From positions 3,520,001 to 3,584,000 of the forward strand of contig OZ220089.1 in assembly GCA_964291625.2 (NCBI GenBank): a stretch of DNA of 64,000 bases. Reading direction: 5' to 3'. The notes under the pieces were generated by a model that saw nothing but the letters and a program-made list of their open reading frames with translations, was not told the origin of the DNA and did not search any database. Position numbers and translations under genes: made by a program. Of this stretch, positions 38,228 to 47,695 are shown piece by piece; within the stretch, counting starts at the first letter, position 1, and each line of letters opens with the position of its first letter. Source of the DNA: Candidatus Latescibacterota bacterium. GTDB lineage: Bacteria > Latescibacterota > UBA2968 > UBA8231.

Positions 38228-39325
38228 TCAGTCCGCCTCGAGCCGCGCCCAGCGCGTGTGGGTGACCCCGCCCGAGGTGCACCAGAACCAGGTCAGCAGG
38301 GCGCCGTCGTCCAGGCGCCGGCCGCCGGGCTTGCCGAAGGCGATGAGCATGTGCTCGGCGAGGAAGTTCTCGTGGTCGGGGTCGCCGAGGGTGGCCTCGG
38401 CGCCGGCGTCGAAGAGGACGACCTCGCCGGCGGTGTCGAAGGTGGAGAGGTCCTCGGTGAGGGCGGCGCGCACCCCCTGGGGCTCGTGGCGGTAGTTGTA
38501 GACGGCGAGGACTCGCCCGTCGGCCAGGGGGACCGGCGTGCACACCTGGCCCCGCAGGTTCGTCGGCCGCGGCTCCGACCAGGTGCGGCCGCCGTCCTCG
38601 GAGATCACCCAGTGGTTCTCGATGTCGTCGCTGGTGCCGTAGAGGTGGGTCCAGATGAGGGAGTAGATGCGGCCGTCCGGCAGGCGGCAGTTCATCAGGT
38701 CCCAGTAGAGGATCCGGCCCGAGGGGTCGTTGGCGACCTCGGTCAGCTCGCCCCAGGTGGCGCCGCCGTCGGTGGAGAAGACCGCCCAGGTCCGCTGGTC
38801 GGGAGGGCCCTCGTACCCCTTCGGCTTCCAGGTCTCCAGGGGCCACATCCAGCGGTCCGGCGCCAGCTGCAGCAGCTGGCCGGCGCTGTTCCAGGTGTAG
38901 CGCTCCGGGGGCAGGTCGACGGGCACGACCTGCGGCTCCGACCAGGAGTCGCCGCCGTCGTCGGACCACAGCAGGCACATCTCCGGCCGCTGCAGCTCCT
39001 CGGTGTCGGGATCGAAGAGCGTCCCGTCGCCCTCATTCTCGAAGCGGCAGCAGGTCATGACCAGCCGGGGTCCGTCGCCGGCGACGCTGATCTGCGGGGC
39101 CCGGTAGGCGTAGCCGTCGCCGGCGGGGCTGGCGACGCCGACCTCCGTGAAGCGGCGGCCGTCCTCCGAGCGCAGCACGAGGACGTGGTTGTCGGGGGTG
39201 CCGAGCCCCGAGCCGACGTGCTGGCTGGCGACGAAGGTTCCGTCCGCCAGGGGCGTGATCCACGGCATGTAGGCGCCGCGGCCCTCGGCGTGGGAGATGG
39301 TGCCCTGATCGGCGATGCGGAACAT
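38228..39325 (-). CDS. BNR/Asp-box sialidase-family protein
   Basis: Asp-boxes SEDGRRF, SDDGGDSW, STDGGATW and SEDGGRTW; GGAGGA RBS. Confidence 0.85.
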   Translation of the reverse strand: MFRIADQGTISHAEGRGAYMPWITPLADGTFVASQHVGSGLGTPDNHVLVLRSEDGRRFTEVGVASPAGDGYAYRAPQISVAGDGPRLVMTCCRFENEGDGTLFDPDTEELQRPEMCLLWSDDGGDSWSEPQVVPVDLPPERYTWNSAGQLLQLAPDRWMWPLETWKPKGYEGPPDQRTWAVFSTDGGATWGELTEVANDPSGRILYWDLMNCRLPDGRIYSLIWTHLYGTSDDIENHWVISEDGGRTWSEPRPTNLRGQVCTPVPLADGRVLAVYNYRHEPQGVRAALTEDLSTFDTAGEVVLFDAGAEATLGDPDHENFLAEHMLIAFGKPGGRRLDDGALLTWFWCTSGGVTHTRWARLEAD

Positions 39326-39367
39326 GGTCTCCTCCAAACCGCGGTGAGGGTGAGGGAGCCGGGCCGG

Positions 39368-40648
39368 CTACCAGTAGGCCAGGGCGTCCTCGAAGAGCGC
39401 CGCCAGCTCTTCGGCCCCGGCCTCGCGCGGCGACAGCTTGGTGACCCGGTGCTGGGGCAGGGTGCCCTCCACCAGGGCGGGGATGTCCCCGCGCCCGTAG
39501 CCGAGGGCGGACAGGCCGTTGGGGATCTCCAGCCGCCGCATCAGCGAGATGATGGCGTCGGCCAGCACCCGCCCGGCGTCGGCATCGCTCACGCCGCTGA
39601 CGTCGGCCCCGAGGATGCGGGCGGCGGTCAGGTGGCGCCCGGGATCGGCCGCCGCCGTGAAGCGGAAGACGGCCGGGGCGTTGACGATGACGGCGATGCC
39701 GTGGGGGACGACGGGGTAGTCGAGACCGTAGCCGGCCGGCAGGTAGTCGCGGACCATGCCGGCCACCGGGTACGACATGCCGTGGGGCAGGTGCACGCCG
39801 GCGTTGCCGAAGCCGATGCCGGCGAAGGCGGCGGCCAGCAGCATCTGCCCCCGCGCCTCGTCGTCGCCGGGGTCGCCCACGGCCCGCGGCAGGAAGGCGG
39901 CCATCATCTCCAGGGCCCGCAGGGCCCACAGGTCGCTGATCGGGTTGGCGCCCTGGTAGGCCGGCCGCAGCACCGGCCTCTCGGGGCGCGGCCTGCGGTC
40001 GTAGGGGATGGCGGTGTACGACTCCAGGGCGTGGCTGAGCACGTCCAGCCCGGTGGAGGCGGCCACGGCCGGCGGCAGGCTCCGGGTGTTGTCGGGATCG
40101 ATGAGGCCCAGGACCGGCCGCAGCCGCCGGTGGGCGATGCCGGTCTTGGCCTTCATCTCCACCAGGTCGAAGATGGCCACCCCCGTCGTCTCCGAGCCGG
40201 TGCCCGCGGTGGTCGGCACGGCGATGAGCGGCTTCAGCGGTCCCGGCGCCGGCAGCCCGCGGCCGATGGGGGCGTTCACGTAGTCGAGGAAGTCATCGGG
40301 CGGATGGGTGGCGTAGAGGTTGGCGGCCTTGGCGGTGTCGATGCTGGAGCCGCCGCCCACGGCGACGTAGGCGTCGAAGCCCCCCTCGGCGGCGACGCCG
40401 ATCGCCTCGCGGAAGGAGGCGTCCGTGGGCTCCACGTGGACGCCGTCGTAGAGCTGGTGCTCGACGCCGGCGTCGTCCAGCGACTGGCGGGCCACGGCCA
40501 CCGGCTCCAGGCGCGACACCTTCGGGTCGGTGACCAGCATCGCGCGCCGGGCGCCCATGTCGGCCAGGTCCATGCCGACCTCGGCCGTGACCCCGGATCC
40601 GTAGCGGATGCTCGAGGTGGCCATCTCGAAGGCGGTATCGCGTTCCAT
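39368..40648 (-). CDS. Hydroxyacid-oxoacid transhydrogenase (iron-containing ADH family)
   Basis: GGGSSIDTAK, PTTAGTGSE, YQGANP and GVHLPHGMSYP motifs. Confidence 0.9.
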   Translation of the reverse strand: MERDTAFEMATSSIRYGSGVTAEVGMDLADMGARRAMLVTDPKVSRLEPVAVARQSLDDAGVEHQLYDGVHVEPTDASFREAIGVAAEGGFDAYVAVGGGSSIDTAKAANLYATHPPDDFLDYVNAPIGRGLPAPGPLKPLIAVPTTAGTGSETTGVAIFDLVEMKAKTGIAHRRLRPVLGLIDPDNTRSLPPAVAASTGLDVLSHALESYTAIPYDRRPRPERPVLRPAYQGANPISDLWALRALEMMAAFLPRAVGDPGDDEARGQMLLAAAFAGIGFGNAGVHLPHGMSYPVAGMVRDYLPAGYGLDYPVVPHGIAVIVNAPAVFRFTAAADPGRHLTAARILGADVSGVSDADAGRVLADAIISLMRRLEIPNGLSALGYGRGDIPALVEGTLPQHRVTKLSPREAGAEELAALFEDALAYW

Positions 40649-40658
40649 GGAGTCCTCC

Positions 40659-41648
40659 TCAGGATCCGCCGGCGTCTTCCCCGCTCACCGCCGCCTCGAA
40701 CTCCTCCACGTCCAGGCGGCTGCCGATCGCCAGGGGCACGCGCTCGTGCAGGGTCCGGGGCGCCAGGTCGAGGATCGGACCGGTGCCGTTGGAGGCGGCG
40801 CCGCCGGCCTGCTCGGCCACGAAGGCCAGGGGACTGGCCTCGTAGAGCAGGCGCAGCTTGCCCCCGGGGGACTTGCGGTCGCCCGGGTAGAGGAAGACGC
40901 CGCCCTTGAGCAGGTTGCGGTGGAAGTCGGAGACCAGCGACCCGATGTAGCGCGCCGAGCAGCCCCCCTCCTTGCGGCTGTCCACGTAGGCGCGCACGGC
41001 GCCGCTCCAGCCGCCGGCGTTGCCCTCGTTGACGCTGTAGATGGCGCCCCGCTCGGGGATGCGGATGCTCTCGTGGGAGAGCAGGAACTCGCCGATCGTC
41101 GGGTCCAGGGTGAAGCCGTGGACGCCGCGGCCGGTGGTGTAGACGAGCATCGTGCTCGACCCGTAGACGAAGTACCCGGCGCACAGCTGCTCGCGGCCGG
41201 GCCGCAGGAAGCTCTCGGCGGTGGCGGCGGCCGGGCCGGGCGGACGGTAGATCGAGAAGATCGTGCCGATGCTGACGTTCACGTCGATGTTCGAGGAGCC
41301 GTCCACCGGATCGAAGACGAGGATGTAGGGGCCCCGGGCGTGGGGATCGGGGATCGGGTAGAAGTCCTCCATCTCCTCCGAGGCCATGGCCGCCAGCAGC
41401 CCCGTGTGGTCGAGGGCCTGGATGATGGTGGTGTTGGCGAACTCGTCGAGCTTCTGCACCTGCTCGCCGTGGACGTTGATCCGGCCTGTGAGGCCCATGG
41501 TCTCGGCCAGACCCGCCTTGTTCACCTCGCGGCCGATGATCTTGGCGGCCGTGGTGATCCCCTCCAGCAGGGCGGTGAAGCGCCCCGAGACGCCGGGGAA
41601 CTGGCGCTGCTGCTCGATGATGAACCGGGTCAGGGTCATGCCCAGCAT
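40659..41648 (-). CDS. fbp: Class 1 fructose-1,6-bisphosphatase
   Basis: SEE, FDPVDGSSN, YSVNEG, RYIGSLV and GKLRLLYEA motifs. Confidence 0.96.
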   Translation of the reverse strand: MLGMTLTRFIIEQQRQFPGVSGRFTALLEGITTAAKIIGREVNKAGLAETMGLTGRINVHGEQVQKLDEFANTTIIQALDHTGLLAAMASEEMEDFYPIPDPHARGPYILVFDPVDGSSNIDVNVSIGTIFSIYRPPGPAAATAESFLRPGREQLCAGYFVYGSSTMLVYTTGRGVHGFTLDPTIGEFLLSHESIRIPERGAIYSVNEGNAGGWSGAVRAYVDSRKEGGCSARYIGSLVSDFHRNLLKGGVFLYPGDRKSPGGKLRLLYEASPLAFVAEQAGGAASNGTGPILDLAPRTLHERVPLAIGSRLDVEEFEAAVSGEDAGGS

Positions 41649-41885
41649 CTCGGTGCTCTCCCTTTGGGGCGGGCCGGATTCGAGGGCGGAGCGCGCCGCC
41701 CGTCCGCGGGCCTGAATCAACGCCGTGGCCCGGGCGGCGGCCAGCTTGCGTCTCTCCCGGCCCCCCGGTACACTGCTGCGCCGTGGTCCACCTTCGCCGC
41801 GGCATCCCCCCTCTGAACGACTTCCGCGCCTCCGTGGCCTGCGTCCGCCTCGAGGCGCGGCCAGCCCGGCCCGCGGCATCCGCCA

Positions 41886-42216
41886 CGTCCCCTCGCAGCG
41901 TGACGGGCACCCCCACCTGCAGCGGCGCCCGGCCCCCGAAGCCGCCGACGGGTTGCTCCCAGGGGCGGGCCCGTGGGCCGGCATGCCAACGGGCCGCGGA
42001 GCCCCGGGGCTTCCGCAGGCCCGTGGAGTGTGGGTTCCCGGGAGGCCCTGGCCGTAGCAGCGGCGGGGCCCCGGCCCCGCCTCGGCCTTTGCGCCGTCTC
42101 CTCGCAGCATGACGGGCCCCCTACCTGCAGCAGCGCCTGCCGTGGAGCCGCCGATGGTCTGCTCCCAAGGGCGGGTGCGTGCGTCGGCAGACCAACGGGC
42201 CGCGGAGCCCCGGGCC
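41886..42216. repeat. Imperfect tandem duplication of ~125 bp (41886-42010 and 42095-42216)
   Basis: Shared blocks ctcgcagc..tgacgggc, acctgcagc, gccgccga, tgctccca and ccaacgggccgcggagccccggg. Confidence 0.8.
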
Positions 42217-42325
42217 CCGGCCGCCGCAGCGGCGGCGCGGCAGCTCCCGGCGGGGGCGCCCTGCCGGGCCACCCGCACCACCGCCGCGGCCGCCGCGGGC
42301 AGGGCGAGGACAGGGGGAGCCTGAC

Positions 42326-43123
42326 GTGCCCGGCCGGCTGAGCGGCAAGGTGGCCCTGATCACGGGGGCCGGAAGCGGTATCGGACGCCAGACGGCCGTG
42401 CGCTTCGCCGCCGAGGGGGCGTGCGTCGCCGCCGTGGACGTGAATTCCGAGGCGGGACAGGCGGTGGCCGAGGAGGTCGCCGCCGCCGGGGGGCGGGCCG
42501 TCTTCGTGGAGGCCGACGTGTCCCGGGGGAGGGACTGCGCCGCCATGGTCGCCCGCGCGGAGGAGGAGTTCGGCGCCCTCCACGTGCTGTTCAACAACGC
42601 CGGCATCTCCCACGCCGACGACGCCGACGCCGTCGACACGGAGGAGGCGGTCTGGGACCTGACGATGGCCGTCAACCTCAAAGGGGTGTTCCTGGGCTGC
42701 AAGCACGGGGTGCCGGCCCTGCGGCGGGCCGGCGGCGGCTCGATCATCAACACCGCCTCCTTCGTCGCCCTCCTCGGGGCGGCGGTGCCGCAGCTGGCCT
42801 ACACGGCCAGCAAGGGAGGGGTGCTGGCCCTGACGCGGGAGCTGGCCGTGGTCCACGCCCGCGAGGGCATCCGCGTCAACGCCCTGTGCCCGGGGCCGCT
42901 GCGCACCGAGCTGCTGATGAAGTACCTCGACACCGACAGCAAGCGGCAGCGGCGGCTCGTCCACATCCCCATGGGCCGCTTCGGCGAGGCCGGGGAGATC
43001 GCCGACGCGGCCCTCTTCCTGGCGTCGGACGAGTCGTCCTTCGTCACCGGCACCGCCTTCACCGTGGACGGCGGCATCACCGCGGCGTACGTGACCCCCG
43101 AACCGGAGGAGAGGAGTCGATGA
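42326..43123 (+). CDS. Short-chain dehydrogenase/reductase
   Basis: TGAGSGIG, NNAG and YTASKGG motifs; GTG start. Confidence 0.93.
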   Translation: MPGRLSGKVALITGAGSGIGRQTAVRFAAEGACVAAVDVNSEAGQAVAEEVAAAGGRAVFVEADVSRGRDCAAMVARAEEEFGALHVLFNNAGISHADDADAVDTEEAVWDLTMAVNLKGVFLGCKHGVPALRRAGGGSIINTASFVALLGAAVPQLAYTASKGGVLALTRELAVVHAREGIRVNALCPGPLRTELLMKYLDTDSKRQRRLVHIPMGRFGEAGEIADAALFLASDESSFVTGTAFTVDGGITAAYVTPEPEERSR

Positions 43124-44433
43124 AGGAGTACTTCGAAGGCATCGGAAAGGTGGAGTACGAGGGGCCGGAGACGGACAACCCCTTCGCCTTCCGCCACTAC
43201 GACCCGGCGGAGAAGGTCGGCCGCCGGACGATGGAGCAGCACCTGCGGTTCTCGGTGGTCTACTGGCACACGATGAAGGGCGGCGGCATCGACCCCTTCG
43301 GGCCCTCCCCGGTCTACGACCGGCCCTGGGAGACCTCCAGCGACCCCATGGAGGCGGCCGAGGACACGATGCGCGCCGCCTTCGAGTTCTTCACCAAGCT
43401 GGGGGTGCCGTTCTGGGCCTTCCACGACCGCGACATCTCCCCCGAGGGCGAGAGCCTGAAGGAGACGAACGAACGCCTCGACCGCATGGTGAAGCTGGCC
43501 GCGTCGCTGCAGCGCGAGACGGGGGTGAAGCTGCTGTGGGGGACCTCCAACTGCTTCTCCAACGCGCGCTTCACCCACGGCGCCGGCACCAACCCCGACC
43601 CCCACGTCTTCGCCTGGGCGGGGGCGCAGATCAAGAAGTGCATGGAGTGCACCCAGGCCCTGGGCGGCGCCAACTACGTGTTCTGGGGTGGCCGCGAGGG
43701 CTACTCCAGCCTCCTCAACACCGATCTGAAGCAGGAGCAGGAGCAGATGGCGCGGCTCCTGCGTATGGCCGCCGACTACAAGAAGGAGATCGGCTTCCGG
43801 GGCACCCTCCTCGTCGAGCCGAAGCCGAAGGAGCCGACCAAGCACCAGTACGACTACGACGCCGCCACGGTCCTCGGCTTCCTCCGCGCCCACGACCTGC
43901 TCGACGACTTCAAGCTCAACCTCGAGGCCAACCACGCCACCCTGGCGGGCCACACCTTCGAGCACGACCTGACCGTGGCCGCCGCCGAGGGCCGCCTCGG
44001 CAGCATCGACGCCAACCGCGGCGACCTCCTCCTCGGCTGGGACACGGACCAGTTCCCCACCGACCTCTACGGCACGACCTACGCGATGATGGTCATCCTG
44101 AAGCAGGGCGGGCTGCGGACCGGCGGCGTCAACTTCGACGCCAAGGTGCGGCGCGGCTCCTTCGACGTGGAGGACCTCTTCCACGCCCACATCGGCGGCA
44201 TGGACGCCTTCGCCCGGGGGCTGAAGACGGCGGCGCGGATCCTCGAGGACGGCGTGGTGGGCGACTTCGTGAAGCGGCGCTACGCCGGCTGGCGGCGCGG
44301 GATCGGACGCAAGATCCTGAGGGGCGAGGCGACCCTGGCCGACATGGAGGCGTACGTCCACGACCACGGCGAGGCGCCCAGGGTGAGCGGCCGCGAGGAG
44401 TGGCTGGAGAACGTGATCAACGGCTATCTCTGA
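43120..44433 (+). CDS. xylA: Xylose isomerase (class II)
   Basis: YWHT, FHDRD, FWGGREGY, EPKPKEP, EANHA and WDTDQF motifs. Confidence 0.97.
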   Translation: MKEYFEGIGKVEYEGPETDNPFAFRHYDPAEKVGRRTMEQHLRFSVVYWHTMKGGGIDPFGPSPVYDRPWETSSDPMEAAEDTMRAAFEFFTKLGVPFWAFHDRDISPEGESLKETNERLDRMVKLAASLQRETGVKLLWGTSNCFSNARFTHGAGTNPDPHVFAWAGAQIKKCMECTQALGGANYVFWGGREGYSSLLNTDLKQEQEQMARLLRMAADYKKEIGFRGTLLVEPKPKEPTKHQYDYDAATVLGFLRAHDLLDDFKLNLEANHATLAGHTFEHDLTVAAAEGRLGSIDANRGDLLLGWDTDQFPTDLYGTTYAMMVILKQGGLRTGGVNFDAKVRRGSFDVEDLFHAHIGGMDAFARGLKTAARILEDGVVGDFVKRRYAGWRRGIGRKILRGEATLADMEAYVHDHGEAPRVSGREEWLENVINGYL

Positions 44434-44439
44434 GGCCGG

Positions 44440-44997
44440 TCACGCGCCGACCCGCTCGGCGAGGTCCCGGACGAGGGGCCCGGCTTCCGTCTCCACCTGG
44501 AGAATGGCCCGGTCCTTCTCGCGCAGGAACCCCCGTTCCACCGCCTGGTCGAGGAAGCGCACCAGGGGATCGAAGTAGCCGGCCGTGTTGAGCAGCCCCA
44601 CCGGCTTGGCATGGAAGCCGAGTTGGGCCCAGGCCAGGGCCTCGAAGAGCTCCTCCAGGGTGCCGTACCCGCCCGGCAGGGCCAGGAAGGCGTCGGACCG
44701 GCGCGCCATGATCGCCTTGCGCTCGTGCATGTCGTCGGTCACGATCAACTCGTGCAGCCCGCCGCTGGCCAGCTCCCGCTCCTCGAGGGTGCGGGGGATG
44801 ACCCCCACGACGCGGCCCCCGGCGGCCAGGGCGGACTCGGCGACGGCCCCCATGAGCCCCACGTTGCCGCCCCCGTAGACCACCCCCATCCCGCGGCGGG
44901 CGATGGCCCGGCCCAGCACTCCGGCCTCGCGGAGGTAGGTCTCGCCGAGGCCGGCCTTCGAGCCGCAGTACACGCAGATGCTCCTGGTTGCCACCAT
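44440..44997 (-). CDS. LOG family (TIGR00730) nucleotide phosphoribohydrolase
   Basis: VYGGG..GLMG, MHERK and PGGYGTLEE motifs. Confidence 0.93.
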   Translation of the reverse strand: MVATRSICVYCGSKAGLGETYLREAGVLGRAIARRGMGVVYGGGNVGLMGAVAESALAAGGRVVGVIPRTLEERELASGGLHELIVTDDMHERKAIMARRSDAFLALPGGYGTLEELFEALAWAQLGFHAKPVGLLNTAGYFDPLVRFLDQAVERGFLREKDRAILQVETEAGPLVRDLAERVGA

Positions 44998-45024
44998 CTC
45001 TCCCTTCGGCCGTACACTACAGGA

Positions 45025-45279
45025 ATGCCAACCAAGATAGGTGTTCCCGGCCATCTCCTCCGCAGGGCGGAGGCCGCCGCTGCGCTCCAGGGCAAGAGCC
45101 TCAGGGCCTTCGTCACGGAGGTTCTCGAGGAGAAGTTGGGACGCGCCGTGGGGAGGGGATCCCGCCGCCGGCTCCGGTTCCCCCTCGTTCCGTCCAGCCG
45201 TCCGGGGTCGGTCGACCTGGGCTCCGACGACAGCGGCATCCTGGAGGCGGAGGATACGGGTGCGCCTGGCAGTCGATAG
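45025..45279 (+). CDS. Small RHH/VapB-like antitoxin (orphan)
   Basis: LLRRAEAAAALQGKSLRAFVTEVLEEKL; TACACT 6 nt upstream of the ATG. Confidence 0.55.
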   Translation: MPTKIGVPGHLLRRAEAAAALQGKSLRAFVTEVLEEKLGRAVGRGSRRRLRFPLVPSSRPGSVDLGSDDSGILEAEDTGAPGSR

Positions 45280-45322
45280 CCTGTGGGTGTGACGAGCAAT
45301 GACGAGGCGGCCACACAGACAG

Positions 45323-45358
45323 CGACTGACCCTTGCAGGTAGTGCCAAGGGTCAGTCG
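45323..45358. terminator. Perfect 13-bp stem-loop between convergent genes
   Basis: CGACTGACCCTTG-N10-CAAGGGTCAGTCG; no U tract. Confidence 0.5.
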
Positions 45359-45405
45359 GGGCTGGAGGCGAATTCTCTGCTGCGGGTGTGGCTGAACGGC
45401 TCGGA

Positions 45406-46245
45406 TCAGGGGGAGGCCTCGACCTCGGGATCGACAGCCTCCTTGGCCTCGCCCCAGCTCCGAGCGGGTTCGCCCGGCAACGCGGCGTCCATCTTTGCGG
45501 CGGGGAACGGCCCCGACCCGGAGCGGACGCGGATCATCTCCCCCCCTTCGAGACTGTCGGGGTCACCGATCTCGATCTCCAGGGCACCGTCCGGGAGACC
45601 CAGCGGCGCCCGGTCCTGGTTCACGTCGACGGTGACGACCCGATCCCCGCTCCCATCCAGCGTTTCCGTGACCTGGACCAACTCCAACTTGCGCACGCCG
45701 TCATCGGCCCCATCGTCCTCGACCACCAGGATGACCCCGTCCTCGGTCTCCACCGCTTCCCTGATCTCGACGGGCTCGCCGTCGATGGTCATGCTGATCC
45801 GCTGCAGGAGGCTGCCGGCGACCTCGGCGATCGCCGCCCTCTGGCTGGCGGCCCCGGCCAGCAGGACCGCTGCGGCGGCGAGCGCGGCGGCGAGGGCGCG
45901 CGGACGCCAGCGCTGCCGGCGGTGCGGCCCGGAGGTCGAACCCGGAACCCGCGGTGAGCCGTTGCCGGAGAGGACCGGGGCCGCCTCGCGCACAGAACCC
46001 ACGTCATCGCTCCGGCCCCCGAGGCGGGCGGCCAGGGCCCGGTTGGCGTCCAGGAGCAGGTCCGCGGGATAGCTGGACTCGCGGATCGACCGCCCGGCCG
46101 CACTCAACAGGGCCAGGTCTCCTCTGAGCCCGGCGGTCTCCGGGTGGGCACGCAAGTACTCCTCGACCTCCCTGCGCTCGGCCTCGGGCAGCTCGCCGTC
46201 GAGGTACTCGATCAGTCTGTCTTGGAACTGGCTGGTGGTGATCAT
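45406..46245 (-). CDS. Putative anti-sigma factor (ASD-like N-terminus, TM, extracytoplasmic domain)
   Basis: LIEYLDGEL..ERREVEEYL; Ala-rich TM; coupled to the ECF sigma gene. Confidence 0.75.
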   Translation of the reverse strand: MITTSQFQDRLIEYLDGELPEAERREVEEYLRAHPETAGLRGDLALLSAAGRSIRESSYPADLLLDANRALAARLGGRSDDVGSVREAAPVLSGNGSPRVPGSTSGPHRRQRWRPRALAAALAAAAVLLAGAASQRAAIAEVAGSLLQRISMTIDGEPVEIREAVETEDGVILVVEDDGADDGVRKLELVQVTETLDGSGDRVVTVDVNQDRAPLGLPDGALEIEIGDPDSLEGGEMIRVRSGSGPFPAAKMDAALPGEPARSWGEAKEAVDPEVEASP

Positions 46246-46763
46246 CTGCAGGCCTCCTTCTCGGCGTTTGTCGCTTCGGGGAAGTCGTCGGCTGAGAGCT
46301 GCTGGCGGATCTGTCTCGCGGCCTGAAAGGCGGCGGCCCGAGCCGCGCCCTCGGAGCAGTCGAGGATCCGGGCGATCTGCTCGAAGGAGCAGCCTTGGAA
46401 GTACCTCAGAACGAAGACCTCTCTGCGGCGCCCGGGCAGGTCCAGGGCGAGGCGCCGGATGGCGTCGACCATCAGCCCTCTCTCGACCGCATCCTCGGAC
46501 TCCCGGCAGTGAGGTTCCTCCGCCACTTCCGTCCACGGCCGCAGGCGGGCCCGCTGGCGGCTGAAGTCGATGGCGGCATTGATCGCCGTGCGGCACAGCC
46601 ACGCCTTGGGCTGTTGCAGAGGGCCGGCCTCGCCGGTGGTGACATGGAACTTGACGAACACCTCCTGGTAGAGATCGGCGGTCTCCTCCCGGTTCTGGTT
46701 GATCCGCCAGATCAGGCTCATGACCAGGGGACCGTACCTCTCGAGTGCCTGTTCTACGTGCAT
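46242..46763 (-). CDS. ECF RNA polymerase sigma factor
   Basis: ADLYQEVFVK, AWLCRTAINAAID and LPGRRREVFVLRY..SFEQIA motifs. Confidence 0.9.
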   Translation of the reverse strand: MHVEQALERYGPLVMSLIWRINQNREETADLYQEVFVKFHVTTGEAGPLQQPKAWLCRTAINAAIDFSRQRARLRPWTEVAEEPHCRESEDAVERGLMVDAIRRLALDLPGRRREVFVLRYFQGCSFEQIARILDCSEGAARAAAFQAARQIRQQLSADDFPEATNAEKEACR

Positions 46764-46919
46764 CCCATCTCCCTGGTGAGGGGGAACGAAGGAATCCCGT
46801 TCGGCCACACCCATAGAACGACGCAGGGCACGGTTTGTTACTTCGGCGAAGGGACGATTTCCGCCGGATCCACCCTCGGGAGGTCTCCACGACTCATGAG
46901 CTTTCTCTCGTGGGGAACC

Positions 46920-46948
46920 TGCTATCATTGGAGCATCAGTTGATAGCA
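46920..46948. promoter_or_regulatory. Inverted repeat, probable TA autorepression operator
   Basis: TGCTATCA-N13-TGATAGCA directly upstream of the antitoxin gene. Confidence 0.6.
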
Positions 46949-47214
46949 TGGAGCTACACGAGGTGGTCCGAACACAGATCCAGCTGACCGAAGATCAGGC
47001 GCGGCAGGTCAAGCGGATCGCCGCCGAGCAGGGGGTCTCGATGGCGGCGGTGATTCGCCAAGGGGTGGACCTCCTGCTGCACTCGGCGGAGACGGCCGTC
47101 AGCGATGACGATCGCGCAACCCGGGCGATCGCGGCGGCCGGCCGGTTCCGTTCCGGGGGCGGCGACGGAGCCGTGGCGCACGACCGCCACCTGCGGGACG
47201 CCTACCGCGGGTGA
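46948..47214 (+). CDS. CopG/RHH antitoxin (alternative GTG start at 46963)
   Basis: VRTQIQLT..GVSMAAVIR..GRFRSG..HDRHL. Confidence 0.85.
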   Translation: MELHEVVRTQIQLTEDQARQVKRIAAEQGVSMAAVIRQGVDLLLHSAETAVSDDDRATRAIAAAGRFRSGGGDGAVAHDRHLRDAYRG

Positions 47215-47649
47215 TGGTCTTCGTCGACACCTCCGCCCTGTTACGCGGTGCTGGACGCCGATGACGACCAGCATTCGCGGGCCGAGGCCGAGTGGCGCCG
47301 CCTGGTGGGAGGCGGCTCCGGCCTTCTGACGACCAGCTATGTCCTGGTGGAGACCACGGCCCTGGTACAGCACCGGCTCGGCATGGTGGCCGTGGGGGTG
47401 CTTGAGCAGGAGATCCGGCCCGTCCTTCGGGTCGAGTGGGTCGACGAGGCCCTTCACGCCAGCGGCATGGCCTCGGTGCTCGCCGCCGGCCGCCGGGGGC
47501 TCAGCCTCGTGGACTGCGTCAGCTTTGCGGTGATGGCCCGCGCGGGGCTACGCGAGGCCTTCGCTTTCGACGACCACTTCGCCGGGCGGGGCTTCTCGTG
47601 CCTCCCGGCGGACCTCCCTCAGGCAGGCTCGACGGCTTCACCCGTGTAG
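47214..47649 (+). CDS. vapC: PIN-domain (VapC) toxin with apparent +1 frameshift near 47241
   Basis: MVFVDTSAL|YAVLDADDDQH after removing one T; VLVET, SLVDCVSF and FAFDDHF motifs. Confidence 0.85.
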
Positions 47650-47695
47650 AACGCCGTCGTTCGCCTCGCGGCGGCGCTGGCCTTGCTGCGGCCCC

